DNA from: Myxococcota bacterium
Lineage (GTDB): Bacteria > Myxococcota_A > SURF-8
NCBI GenBank assembly: GCA_965140415.1
Contig: OZ223209.1
Span: forward strand, 2,528,001 to 2,592,000
Length of the DNA stretch: 64,000 nucleotides
Direction: 5' to 3'
The first letter of the stretch is position 1. The number at the start of each line of letters is the position of its first letter. The notes beneath the pieces were generated by a model. The model was not told the DNA's origin. It did not search any database and was given only the letters and a program-made list of their open reading frames with translations. Shown one piece after another: positions 9,867-19,810 of the stretch. The translations under genes were made by a program, and so were the position numbers.

Positions 9867-11399
9867 TCAGAATGTCATATTCAATTGCAGCATGGCCTGC
9901 TTTTTGTCCGGGTCAACCGTTGGCGTGATTGCAATCTCATGTTCGGGAGGCAGGACCAGGAACACAATTCCGGTGATGATCGCCGCCGAGCCGAGACCCA
10001 TTAAAATACCACCGCCGATGCGGCTGTATAACGCGGTGTCGCGCTCGCCATTATAGCTTTCCTCGTCGGGAGTGCTGCCACTGGGACCGAAGCGGTCGTC
10101 TGCATTGTCATAATGTTTCTGGGCTTCGGTTTCCAGGAAAATTCCGAAGCTCAGAGCGACAACGCCCAGTGCGGTGGCGAAGCCGCCCGGTTTGTAATCC
10201 TTTTCGACATCGACCAGTTGACCCGGTCTAAGGGCCAGTCCTTTTTCCAGCGTCGGATTTAAAACGACGTTTTTTCCAGGTTCGACGGTTACTTCTTCTT
10301 CGAAAGGCGCGTAGCCGTCCTGTACCAGTTGCACGCGGTAACGTCCGGTGGGTTTTTCCGCAAGGTAGGTGTTTTCTGCGACCTTGATGCCGTTGATGAA
10401 GATATCTACGTTTTTACCTTTTTCCTGGTTGGCGCAACTGATTTGCAACGAGCCGTTTTCCGGAATGAACCCATGACGGATGCGCGTGACCTGGTTGGGA
10501 ATTACGTCCACTTCGTATTCCGCATCGGGATAAGGTGGCATGCGCAGCGTTAAATCGTGCTTGCCTTCCAGAATGTTGTGAAGAACCAACGGCGTTTCGC
10601 CGTGACGTTCGCCGTCAAGCAGGATGGTTGCTCCGGCTGGCTCGGAATCCACCAGGATTTCACCTTGTCTCGCGATCAGATCCGCATACCATTGGGTGAC
10701 ATGGCCCATACGTCCTTTGATCGACGTATACACCGGAGGATGGCCGGGGCGCTGCGCCCGGATGGCAACACGCTTACCATTGTCCAGACCGAAGCTACAT
10801 GGTGTTTTACAGAGTGATATGTCATCTATTGCGACATCGGCTCCCAGTGGAAAGGACGAAACGCGCACGACGCCGCGCTCGGGACCGACGGTCGGTGCCA
10901 GACCGATAAGGTCCGGGATCATTTTTTCAAGCATTAAAGGAGCCGCACCGAATTCTGGAATTGTTTCCACGAATTCCCGTCCTTCTTCACCCTCAAACAA
11001 TGTCATACGCAGATTCAGTTTTCCATCTGCACGAGAACGCAGTGCCAGGGTGATGTCGTGCTTGATTCCCAGCATGGCGCGTAAAGCGGTCTGACAGTCT
11101 TCGGTGAACTGGCAGTCGATCTGCTTTTCCTTGCGCGCCCAGCCGAGCTGGGAGGAAAATTCTTTTTCGGTATAAATCGTCAGCGTTTCATAGCGATACA
11201 GTGTTTCAAGCAGAATCTTGCGCAGAATGGCCGCATGTTCCTTGCTCATGTCACCCTCGAGTTCATGAACGAGAATCGGCAGGCGCGTATTCGCAATGGA
11301 ATCCGTCCGGTCTTGTGCCATAGCCGGGGAAGAGGCGGCGACATTGAAAAAGAGTAATGCCGCCAATGCAATCAGGATCAGACGAATTCCAGCGGTCAT
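9867..11399 (-). CDS. Secreted PEGA-domain protein
   Basis: Signal peptide; PEGA repeats (SFPLGADV, SEPAGATI); Gly-rich hydrophobic C-terminal helices; the start overlaps the purB stop (ATGA). Confidence 0.85.
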   Translation of the reverse strand: MTAGIRLILIALAALLFFNVAASSPAMAQDRTDSIANTRLPILVHELEGDMSKEHAAILRKILLETLYRYETLTIYTEKEFSSQLGWARKEKQIDCQFTEDCQTALRAMLGIKHDITLALRSRADGKLNLRMTLFEGEEGREFVETIPEFGAAPLMLEKMIPDLIGLAPTVGPERGVVRVSSFPLGADVAIDDISLCKTPCSFGLDNGKRVAIRAQRPGHPPVYTSIKGRMGHVTQWYADLIARQGEILVDSEPAGATILLDGERHGETPLVLHNILEGKHDLTLRMPPYPDAEYEVDVIPNQVTRIRHGFIPENGSLQISCANQEKGKNVDIFINGIKVAENTYLAEKPTGRYRVQLVQDGYAPFEEEVTVEPGKNVVLNPTLEKGLALRPGQLVDVEKDYKPGGFATALGVVALSFGIFLETEAQKHYDNADDRFGPSGSTPDEESYNGERDTALYSRIGGGILMGLGSAAIITGIVFLVLPPEHEIAITPTVDPDKKQAMLQLNMTF

Positions 11400-12703
11400 C
11401 GTTCTTCTCCGAATACGCGGTTGAAAATCGTATCGATATGCTTCAAGTGATAGGAAAGATCGAAGCTTTTTTCAATTGCGTCCTTGCCGATGGCATCCAC
11501 CAGTTCAGTGTCGGCCAGCATGGCGTCTTTGAGATTCAGATCTTTTTCCTGCCAGACACGCATAGCGTTTCGCTGAACCATTTCATAGGCTTTCTGCCGG
11601 GGTAGACCGTAATTGACCGTATCTAAAAGCAGTTTCTGCGAGAAGATCAAGCCACGCATGCGTTCCAGGTTGGCGGTCATGTTCTCCGGATAAACCACGA
11701 GCTTGTCGAGCATACGGGTGAGCCGTTTCAGCATGTAGTCGATCAGGCTGGTGCTGTCCGGGCCGATCACACGCTCGACCGAACTGTGGCTGATGTCGCG
11801 TTCGTGCCAGAGCGGCACGTTTTCCAAGGCTGCGATGGCATTGGCACGAACGATGCGCGAGAGGCCCGAAAGGTTCTCCGAACCGATCGGATTGCGCTTG
11901 TGCGGCATGGCCGAGGAACCCTTTTGGCCCTTGCTGAAGGCTTCTTCGACTTCGCGCACTTCGGTGCGTTGCTGGTGACGAATCTGCACGCTGATTTTCT
12001 CGATCGTCGAGGCGATCTGGGCCAGCGCGGTAAAGTATTCCGCATGACGGTCGCGCTGAATGACCTGGTTGGATACCGGTTCGGGAGTCAATCCCAGCTT
12101 TTCACAAACGAATTCCTCGACTTGTGGAGGAATGTTGGCGAAAGTGCCCACTGCACCGGAAATCATGCCCACGCGCACCGACTCGGCGGCGTGCTCGAAA
12201 CGCTCCAATTGGCGCGTCAATTCCGCGTACCACAGTGCCAATACCAGACCGAAGGTAATCGGTTCGGCGTGGATGCCGTGCGAGCGACCCACCATCACGG
12301 TGTGCTTGTGCTCCATTGCGCGACGCTTGACTACCTCACGGAGTTTCATGAGGTCGTCGATGATCATGGCGCTGGCTTCTTTCAATTGCAGCGCGAAAGC
12401 GGTGTCCAGTACGTCCGAACTCGTCATACCATAGTGAATCCAGCGGCTCGGTTCGCCGATCTGTTCTTCAAGGTGCGTCAAAAAGGCGATGACGTCGTGC
12501 TTGGTGACCGCTTCGATTTCTTCGATGCGATCAGGGTCGATATTCACGGTGGCGTTCAGTACCGGCTGCAAGGCGTCTTCCGGCACCAGACCGGCCTTGA
12601 CCATGCCTTCCAATGCCGCTAGTTCAACTTTGTACCAGCATTCGTATTTAAATTTCAAATCCCAGATGCGGCCCATTTCCGGCCTGGTATAACGATCGAT
12701 CAT
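11396..12703 (-). CDS. purB: Adenylosuccinate lyase
   Basis: MIDRYT start; GRSHGIHAEP, GSSAMPHKRNP and WHERDISHSS signatures. Confidence 0.98.
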   Translation of the reverse strand: MIDRYTRPEMGRIWDLKFKYECWYKVELAALEGMVKAGLVPEDALQPVLNATVNIDPDRIEEIEAVTKHDVIAFLTHLEEQIGEPSRWIHYGMTSSDVLDTAFALQLKEASAMIIDDLMKLREVVKRRAMEHKHTVMVGRSHGIHAEPITFGLVLALWYAELTRQLERFEHAAESVRVGMISGAVGTFANIPPQVEEFVCEKLGLTPEPVSNQVIQRDRHAEYFTALAQIASTIEKISVQIRHQQRTEVREVEEAFSKGQKGSSAMPHKRNPIGSENLSGLSRIVRANAIAALENVPLWHERDISHSSVERVIGPDSTSLIDYMLKRLTRMLDKLVVYPENMTANLERMRGLIFSQKLLLDTVNYGLPRQKAYEMVQRNAMRVWQEKDLNLKDAMLADTELVDAIGKDAIEKSFDLSYHLKHIDTIFNRVFGEER

Positions 12704-12804
12704 ATTGCTGTCCTTCTCTCTAATCTCGGATAAACAGAGGGCGTATTTTACGGTGCTTTTTCACGAAACGCAACGACTCTTTTCCCTGTGAAAATCATCA
12801 ATAA

Positions 12805-12836
12805 AAACGGGGAAAGTATTCACTCTTTCCCCGTTT
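12805..12836 (-). terminator. Intrinsic terminator downstream of the protease gene at 12865
   Basis: AAACGGGGAAAG-8nt-CTTTCCCCGTTT, with an A-run that reads as a U-tract on the minus strand. Confidence 0.75.
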
Positions 12837-12864
12837 GTGGTTCTCTTGATTGTAGCGGTGCGAT

Positions 12865-14925
12865 TTAAACGTTTTCTCGATTGCGACGTCGCAGAATAAC
12901 CGTCAGCAACAGAAACGCAAATACGATTGTGGAAGCATTGGCCGACTGGCTGCAGCCTCCGTCGGTTCCGTCCTGCGGGTTGCCCGGTTCGTCTCCTGTA
13001 TCACCATCGACAGGATCAGTTGTGTCCCCATCGGTAGGAATTACGGAAGCCGCCTGGCATTGGCAGACATCTTCATCTACGGCATCCAGGTAAATACAGG
13101 CCACAAATTGACGAGAATAGCGGGAACACTCGGTCGGACAATCGAGTTCGGTCCATTGACCGTCACGGCAACTGCACAGTGTTTGACCGTCTTCTTGACA
13201 ACTGTCCTTATCCGCTTCCGTGCAAGTTCCGGAGCAGCCAACGGGAGTGTTTGGATCGACGCATTGGTTGTCCCGGCATTCCAGATCTCCGCTGCACAAG
13301 CCGCACTCGCAGCCTTCATAACTGCCGCAATCGACTTCTTCACACGCGTTCAGGCATTCCGTGTTGTTTGAAATGCATTGATTGTTCTGGCAGGTGCGGT
13401 TGTCGGTGCACAGACCGCATTGACAGCCCTGGTATTCACCACATTCGACCGAACTGCACACGTCGGTGCAGTCCACTCCTTGAGTGACGCAGAGATTGTC
13501 GCGACATTCTTTGTCGCCACCGCACAGGCCGCACTCGCAGCCTGCATAGCCGCCGCAATCCACCTGCGAGCACAAATCGGTACAGGTGGCGCCCTCGGGA
13601 ACGCAGATGTTGTCCTGGCAGCTTTCTCCTGCATGGCATAAACCGCACTGGCAACCGAGCTTTTCGCCGCAATCCACCGTTTCGCAAAGCTGGTCGCAAT
13701 CCGCACTGCCATCGCAGTAAAGCGGGTAACGTCCGCTGGGATCTTGAACACCGTCTGCGCCGCAGCCATAGCCTTGTTGATTGTTTACCCAGCCGCAACC
13801 CTGTGAGCCGCATTCGGTGCTTGCGTATTGGCCGTTTTCGCAGCGATACAACGTAGAATCATCGCAGCAGCCATAGGAACCCATCGTGTCGCAACTGATG
13901 CCTTCGGGAAGGCATTGATTGGCGTTACAGGCCAGTCCATCATCACAACCGCCGCAATAGCAGCCGTTGATGTAGCCACATTCAACGCCATCGCAACCAT
14001 CGGTGCAGACTGGATCGTAAGGACCGACCAGGTTCTCCAGCCAGTCTTTATGGGCGTCCAGGCGCGAGAAGTGTGCAGGCTGATTGCATTCGTTTGCAAT
14101 ACCCCAGCTTGTGGTGCCGATCAGGGTGAGAAAGCCCTCGAAATTGTGCAGCAAAGGACCGCCGGAATCGCCGCTGCATACACCCGAATAGTAGTTCGGA
14201 TCTCCGGCGACCAGTTCCATGGAACTGATTTGCATCAGGCTTAATGTCGCCCAGTATTTAATAAGATTGTTCTGGGTAGTGTGAGTCATCCCGTAACCGC
14301 CTGCCTGCACGGTCGAATTGCGCAGGGTGCTTGGGATGTCGCTTCGATTGTACGGGATCGGTTCAATACTGCTAACCGAACTGGACAGAATCAGCACGGA
14401 AACGTCGTAATAAGCGGTTTGCAGGGTCATTGCGCCAGTGTAGCTGGGATGGTACTGGATTTGACTAACGGTTAACATTTGGTCGGGATTGTTCAGATTA
14501 TCTCCCATACCGATTCGTACCCAGTAGGGTTGCACGTCCTGACAGTTGTTGCCGTAGTCGTCACATTGGTGAATACAGTGAGCGGCGGAGATTATCACTC
14601 GGTCATTGACCAGCGTACCGGTACAGAAAGGAGAATAGCTGCCCCAGCCACTGCTGACCATCAAGGCTACGACAGCCTTTTTTTGTCCGCTTGTCATGGC
14701 GATTCCGGTTGGGCTGCTTTCTCCATGCCAGATTTTGGTTCGGTCGAATCCTCTGGGAGCTTGATATTGCTGAACCATATCTTCCATCCACCAGACCGGA
14801 TAACTCTGGGTAGAGGTCACAGAAGCTGATTGCTCAGACGGAGTCGTTTCGGCTACGCCAAAGGATGGGAAACTGAGTTGTAAAAAAGAAAGAAGCGCAA
14901 CGAAAAAAATGCAGCGGGCAGGCAT
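12865..14925 (-). CDS. Secreted S1 serine protease with tandem Cys-rich repeats and MYXO-CTERM-like anchor
   Basis: ATG at 14925 after GAGGTG; IWHG start, SAAHC, YDVSVL and GDSGGP; C-terminal GGC-TM-RRR. Confidence 0.92.
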   Translation of the reverse strand: MPARCIFFVALLSFLQLSFPSFGVAETTPSEQSASVTSTQSYPVWWMEDMVQQYQAPRGFDRTKIWHGESSPTGIAMTSGQKKAVVALMVSSGWGSYSPFCTGTLVNDRVIISAAHCIHQCDDYGNNCQDVQPYWVRIGMGDNLNNPDQMLTVSQIQYHPSYTGAMTLQTAYYDVSVLILSSSVSSIEPIPYNRSDIPSTLRNSTVQAGGYGMTHTTQNNLIKYWATLSLMQISSMELVAGDPNYYSGVCSGDSGGPLLHNFEGFLTLIGTTSWGIANECNQPAHFSRLDAHKDWLENLVGPYDPVCTDGCDGVECGYINGCYCGGCDDGLACNANQCLPEGISCDTMGSYGCCDDSTLYRCENGQYASTECGSQGCGWVNNQQGYGCGADGVQDPSGRYPLYCDGSADCDQLCETVDCGEKLGCQCGLCHAGESCQDNICVPEGATCTDLCSQVDCGGYAGCECGLCGGDKECRDNLCVTQGVDCTDVCSSVECGEYQGCQCGLCTDNRTCQNNQCISNNTECLNACEEVDCGSYEGCECGLCSGDLECRDNQCVDPNTPVGCSGTCTEADKDSCQEDGQTLCSCRDGQWTELDCPTECSRYSRQFVACIYLDAVDEDVCQCQAASVIPTDGDTTDPVDGDTGDEPGNPQDGTDGGCSQSANASTIVFAFLLLTVILRRRNRENV
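13258..13698 (-). repeat. Four tandem 38-codon (114-bp period) 8-Cys repeats inside the protease; a fifth copy lies near 13909-14007
   Basis: Consensus CxxxCxxVdCGxxxGCxCGlCxxxxxCxxNxC, e.g. CTDLCSQVDCGGYAGCECGLCGGDKECRDNLCV. Confidence 0.9.
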
Positions 14926-15166
14926 GAAGAACACCTCGTGAAGTACGTGAACAGGCAAAGTGAAATCGCCACTGGGGCGAAAAACTCAACTCTTAACTAT
15001 AGAACCGGAATGCATGGGATTTCAAGATCTTTTGTGTAGTGATGACAGAAAAATGAAAAAAAACCTTGAAACATTGGCTTTTCGCTCGGTTTCGGGAGTA
15101 TGATAACTGCAAAAAGAATGTCACATTCGGGATGTTTTCTTATCGGATTTTCGCAAGTAATCCGGA

Positions 15167-16294
15167 ATGTCGGAAAGTAAGGCTGTTTTGATTTCCGTGG
15201 CAGAAACAAAAGATTGTTCCCGGCAGATCCTGGATCTTGGAGCTGCGTTAGCGGAAATGTCGAACTATCACGAATTACCGGAACTACTTTATCATTTTTT
15301 AAATCCCATTCTTCCTATCGATTGGATAGCGGTTTTTACTTTTACATCCAACCCTCATGGATCTCCTGCATATGAATTTCTAACGTATAACGACAGCTTG
15401 GCTGAGGGGTGGTGGGAGATGCATGTGTCCTTGCTGGCGCAGGATTTCTTTCATCAACACTTGATGTCTTTACCGGCATGTACGGTGGTGACGGCGACGG
15501 ACGCCTTCGATCCACAAAACGAATCCCACTTGCAGTTTCTTGAACTGGCGTCCAAGCAAATGGGTGCAATGCAGGTAATGGGTGGTTATCCTGTGAAACA
15601 AGCCGATGCCATCTGTGGAGTTGTGGTGTATCGACGTGATATTCAACACTTATTCAGCGAAGAAGAAAAACGCTTGCTTCAGACTTTATTGCCGATGCTT
15701 GCCTGTACAATGAAGCTTTTTCCCATTCATCTTCAATCGAAATTCGAGTTGCAAGCGGCTGAAGATCTGTTGTTTGAAAAGGATTCCAGCGTTCTTTTGC
15801 TGGATCACAATTTGGATCCGATATTTGTACCGGTCGGATTCCGAGAGTGGCTGGAACCCCATTTCAAGTCAAATTGGACGGAACAGATTCCGTCTCCCAT
15901 TCTGCACTGGATTCTTCGTGTGGTCGCTCCCGGTCGACGCCTGAACGTTAGTGCGGTTCCATTTTTTCAGCATTACAGCAATTCTCATGGGTCGGTGTAT
16001 TTGAAAGCAACGGTGTTACGTGGAGTGTTGAATCAGCCGATATTACAAATTCAGGTTCGGGTCGTTGTTCGCATTCGAGATTTCTCTCCTTTGAGGAAAC
16101 TCGGTCTGACGGCGCGTGAGATTGATGTCTTGTCGTGTTTACCAAAGGGCTGCACCAATCGGCAGATTGGCGAGGAACTTGGCATCAAGCCGGTAACCGT
16201 AAAAAAACACCTTGCCAATATTTCCGAAAAGCTGGATGTGCAAGGAAAAACAGAAATTCTTTCCGTTGCATTGCAGTTATTAAGGAAAGTGTAA
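15167..16294 (+). CDS. LuxR-family HTH regulator with N-terminal GAF-like sensor region
   Basis: C-terminal LTAREIDVL...TNRQIGEELGIKPVTVKKHLANISEKL. Confidence 0.88.
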   Translation: MSESKAVLISVAETKDCSRQILDLGAALAEMSNYHELPELLYHFLNPILPIDWIAVFTFTSNPHGSPAYEFLTYNDSLAEGWWEMHVSLLAQDFFHQHLMSLPACTVVTATDAFDPQNESHLQFLELASKQMGAMQVMGGYPVKQADAICGVVVYRRDIQHLFSEEEKRLLQTLLPMLACTMKLFPIHLQSKFELQAAEDLLFEKDSSVLLLDHNLDPIFVPVGFREWLEPHFKSNWTEQIPSPILHWILRVVAPGRRLNVSAVPFFQHYSNSHGSVYLKATVLRGVLNQPILQIQVRVVVRIRDFSPLRKLGLTAREIDVLSCLPKGCTNRQIGEELGIKPVTVKKHLANISEKLDVQGKTEILSVALQLLRKV

Positions 16295-16333
16295 ACCGCT
16301 TTGTAGACTTCGTTTTTGCAGAAAGCGGTTTAC
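16291..16333. terminator. Hairpin between the convergent luxR and mscS genes
   Basis: GTAAACCGCTTT...AAAGCGGTTTAC, a 12-bp inverted repeat. Confidence 0.6.
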
Positions 16334-16348
16334 AGCCTATTCCACAGT

Positions 16349-17182
16349 TCAATCTTCCTTGCCATGATGGTGAACATCCATTTGCGGGAAGGGGATTTCG
16401 ATTCCATTTTGGTCCAGGGTCGCTTTGATACGGCGCTGGAATTCGAAGAACACCGCCCAGTAATCACCGGTTTTACTCCAGGGACGAACGACGAAATTGA
16501 CCGAGGAGTCCGCCAGCTCCACAATTTCAATTGTCGGAGCCGGATCCTTGAGTACGCCCTCGATTTCATTCAAGGTTTGAATGATGAGTTCCTTGGTTTT
16601 TGCCAAATCGGCGGAATAGCTGACTCCAACTGTCATGTCCACACGTCTTTGCTCGAAAGCCGAGTAGTTGATGATTGAACCACCCCAAACTGTCCGGTTA
16701 GGGACGATAATCTTCTTGTTATCGGGTGTTGTCATGGTGGTTGCCATCATGTTGATTTCTTGAATGACTCCCTGGTGTCCCGCCGCTTCGACAAAGTCGC
16801 CTTTTTGGAAAGGCTGGTTCAAAATAATCATCAAACCGGATGCCAGATTGCCAAGTGACTCCTGGAAGGCGAAGCCAACTATGAAACCGGTGACACCCAG
16901 CCCGGCGACCAATGGTGCGATATCGATCCCCAAACGGGGTAGGGCGATCATGAGTAGAACGACCCAAAGCACTTTGTTAATAGCGTTTAGCAGAAAACGT
17001 TCGAGCGTTTCTGTGACTCTGCTGGATCTTTTAAGGATTTTCCGCATTGTTCTTGTGAGAAGGCTGATGACAAGAGCACCGATGATCAGAATTGCAATGA
17101 ACATCAGCAAATCCACCAGGAAGTTCACGCCGTTATTCAGTAGCCAATTTTTAGCGTTTTCAACAAGTTCGAGTTCTTTCAT
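16349..17182 (-). CDS. mscS: Small-conductance mechanosensitive channel
   Basis: Three TM helices, GFAFQESLGNLASG, PFQKGDFV and C-terminal GIEIPFPQMDVH. Confidence 0.95.
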   Translation of the reverse strand: MKELELVENAKNWLLNNGVNFLVDLLMFIAILIIGALVISLLTRTMRKILKRSSRVTETLERFLLNAINKVLWVVLLMIALPRLGIDIAPLVAGLGVTGFIVGFAFQESLGNLASGLMIILNQPFQKGDFVEAAGHQGVIQEINMMATTMTTPDNKKIIVPNRTVWGGSIINYSAFEQRRVDMTVGVSYSADLAKTKELIIQTLNEIEGVLKDPAPTIEIVELADSSVNFVVRPWSKTGDYWAVFFEFQRRIKATLDQNGIEIPFPQMDVHHHGKED

Positions 17183-17394
17183 TGTTTTTCTCCCGATTTA
17201 GACATGAGCGAATCTTCATGACAAAATGGACAGATACATATTTGTAAATTCCCCAGGATGCGTTGTTCGATGTATTCCAGAGAGCGGTCAAGCATTTGGA
17301 TTTATTCCGCATTCCTTATTACAACAGCTTTGCATACTTGGAGATCTTGTTCAATCTAACGGAAACCCATTTGAGACAGTTTAGGATGAGATAT

Positions 17395-17429
17395 AAAAAA
17401 CCGGACTTCCTACTCTAAAGAAAGTCCGG
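17395..17429 (-). terminator. Intrinsic terminator
   Basis: CCGGACTT/AAGTCCGG stem followed by T6 on the minus strand, just after the stop at 17461. Confidence 0.75.
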
Positions 17430-17460
17430 AAGTTGTTTGAAAGCGTGGTCGCGAAAACGA

Positions 17461-17895
17461 CTATTTCTTCTCGGAGCAGGTCGTCGATTCGATTTTGGTT
17501 TTTTTCGGGATATCTTTCGTTTTATTCTCGACGATCTTTTTTTCGCGGCTTTCACACTTGATGCGGGATATCCGGCAATTGTCCATGCATTTTTTGTGCT
17601 GTGGATCAACAACGGGTTGCGGTTTTCCGGGAATGCTATTCCGTCGCTTTTTGGGGCAGGCTTTGCCGCATTGTTCGTAGGTTGGGTAACATTCCAGATT
17701 GGTGGGGTTTTTAGCTAGCATGGCCTCGTACAGGTTGTTTTGAGCACTTTCCTTGGCGGTGGCTTCAGTGGTTCCTGACGCTTCCGAGCAGGCTTTTTCA
17801 CCTTTGTATTCGCCACAGATTTTGCACTGGTAATCAGCCCAACTTGTGGTGGAGAACAGTGTCATGCAGAAAACGAGAAGAATGAGTTTTTTCAT
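17461..17895 (-). CDS. Small secreted Cys- and Lys-rich hypothetical protein
   Basis: MKKLILLVF...SWA signal peptide after AAAGGGG; 10 Cys in the mature part; own terminator. Confidence 0.8.
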   Translation of the reverse strand: MKKLILLVFCMTLFSTTSWADYQCKICGEYKGEKACSEASGTTEATAKESAQNNLYEAMLAKNPTNLECYPTYEQCGKACPKKRRNSIPGKPQPVVDPQHKKCMDNCRISRIKCESREKKIVENKTKDIPKKTKIESTTCSEKK

Positions 17896-18076
17896 GTGAT
17901 GACCCCTTTCATCTTGATCTATGTGCCCCAGGATACAGAATCGAGAAAAACGGCTGCATACAGTTTCGAAATCACCATCCCACATCGGCAAATTCCGAAT
18001 GAATCAGCAGAATTTCATAGTGTTTCTATGGTAGTCCATTGTCTGGCAATGTCAAATTTATTGTTTGTACAGAATC

Positions 18077-19378
18077 CTAGCCAGTTTCAGACAGGCGGGA
18101 CGTTTCGTCGTCCCTAGTCCCAGTATCATCGTCGTCGTCATCATGCCCATCGCCGTTTCCATTTTCATGACCGTTCGGATTTTCAAGGACAGTAACCAGG
18201 TATCCTCGTTTGCTGCGCCGAATCAAAGCATCGCCGATGTGCAGTTTGGCGGTGGATTTACTTCCAAGATGTTGCGCATACAACGAAGCAATGGACATTT
18301 CCTGGACTTCGATTGGCAGTTCGACATTGAGAATGCGTGAAATGTCCGCCATTTCAAGGTCGCCTCGGACGCAATATTTGTTTGGTCCCATGCTGTGGAT
18401 CGGATCGTCTTCCTGGTCGTGTTCGTCCGCAATTTCGCCGACGATTTCCTCCAACACGCTCTCCATCATGACAAATCCAACCGGAGCGCCATCACCGTCC
18501 AACACACCGGCGAAATGATAGCGTTCGATCTGCATGTCTCGCAGTAGATCGTCTAGGTGTGTATTTTGAGATTTCCAGGGAAGATTGCGCTTCAATGCTA
18601 GCCAATCAGGATTGTTGCCACTGATTAGAATGTCTTTTACGTGCAGCATTCCAATGGGGAGCAGTTGATCTCTGTCCATGATTGGATAACGAGTATGCTG
18701 CTGTATTCGAATCTCATCCAGCAGGCGTTGAAAGGACCAATCCGAATAGACTACGGACGTTTTTTCCAGCGGAATCATGACATCTCGGATGCGCATTTCA
18801 TCGAGGTCGAGTACTTCCTGGGCCATGCGGGCTTCCGCCGGTTCCAGTTCTCCGGCATCCGCACTTAAATCCAAAGCCGTTTGCAGCTCTTCACGAGAGA
18901 AGAAACGGCGTTGCGGTCCCATTTTTCGTGTGATTGGCAGCAGAATCAGGTCGGTCAGCGTTGTGGTAATCCAGACGAAAGGAAGGAACAGCCGTTTCAA
19001 TATGGCGATCGGATACGAAACCAGTCGTGCGATGCGTTCCGGCCATTGCGCCGCCATGGTTTTCGGCGGGATTTCCCCGATCATCAACAGGGCCAATGTC
19101 ACGAAAATGGTGGCGTATACCGGACCGAGCAGAGTCGCTGCTATAGCAGCGGCTGCAACGTTTACGAGGTTGTTGCCAACCAAAATGGTGCCGAGCAGAG
19201 CGCCTGGATCTTCCAATAGCTCCAGCGCTTTTTTTGCACCCTTGCTGCCCTGGTCAGCCCTGGAAATCAGCTTAACCCGTTTGCTGCCGATCAACGCGGT
19301 TTCCGAGCCGGAAAAAAAAGCCGACAGCACCAGCAGGATGATAAACAGAATTATACTGGTAATGTCTCCTTCGGACAT
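18077..19378 (-). CDS. CNNM/HlyC-CorC family membrane protein (DUF21 + CBS pair + CorC)
   Basis: LSAFFSGSETAL, ILVGNNLVN, GEIPPK and LEEIVGEIADEHD. Confidence 0.93.
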   Translation of the reverse strand: MSEGDITSIILFIILLVLSAFFSGSETALIGSKRVKLISRADQGSKGAKKALELLEDPGALLGTILVGNNLVNVAAAAIAATLLGPVYATIFVTLALLMIGEIPPKTMAAQWPERIARLVSYPIAILKRLFLPFVWITTTLTDLILLPITRKMGPQRRFFSREELQTALDLSADAGELEPAEARMAQEVLDLDEMRIRDVMIPLEKTSVVYSDWSFQRLLDEIRIQQHTRYPIMDRDQLLPIGMLHVKDILISGNNPDWLALKRNLPWKSQNTHLDDLLRDMQIERYHFAGVLDGDGAPVGFVMMESVLEEIVGEIADEHDQEDDPIHSMGPNKYCVRGDLEMADISRILNVELPIEVQEMSIASLYAQHLGSKSTAKLHIGDALIRRSKRGYLVTVLENPNGHENGNGDGHDDDDDDTGTRDDETSRLSETG

Positions 19379-19810
19379 CGTGTGCTTACTCCGATTCTAA
19401 ATTTGTTGTAGGTAAAGGTGTTCCTGAAGCAATAACCACTATGGGTATGCTTTGGTGGCTACTGATACGAATGGGTTCAGAAAAAAGTACGGATGAGTTC
19501 CGATAGTATGACCGTTGCGAAAAACGGCCGATACAAGGGGGAGGTTCGTCTCTTTCCGGTAGCTCAGTTGTGGATTGTTCGTAACTCAAAATGGCCTTCG
19601 ATTAAAGTGATACATCACACTAAATATAGCATCAAATCGAAATCATGGCAAGTTAGCAATTCGAAGATTTGGAATAATTCGTAGATCCGGAATTGAATCG
19701 CTGTGAATTACCTCTGAATTGCTTGCACGACAGCAAGTTTTAAGCTATAAACGCTGCACTCTTTTAAGAGACAAGCAAGAACAATGAATACGCAAGAAGG
19801 AGAAATGACA

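Noticed and set aside
11786-12622. Long antisense ORFs (278 aa here; also 25297-26139, 26763-27563, 63297-63929)
   Set aside because: They shadow well-supported genes on the opposite strand and have no recognisable motifs.
13258-13698. CRISPR array or DGR template/variable repeats
   Set aside because: The repeats are in-frame protein repeats with general divergence, not adenine-specific changes. No spacers, cas genes or reverse transcriptase are present.
19556-19585. tRNA-like GGTAGCTCAGTTG fragment
   Set aside because: No anticodon arm, T arm or acceptor pairing follows.
19386-19589. 67-aa ORF upstream of the CorC-family gene
   Set aside because: No clear RBS or motif; cannot be supported from the sequence alone.
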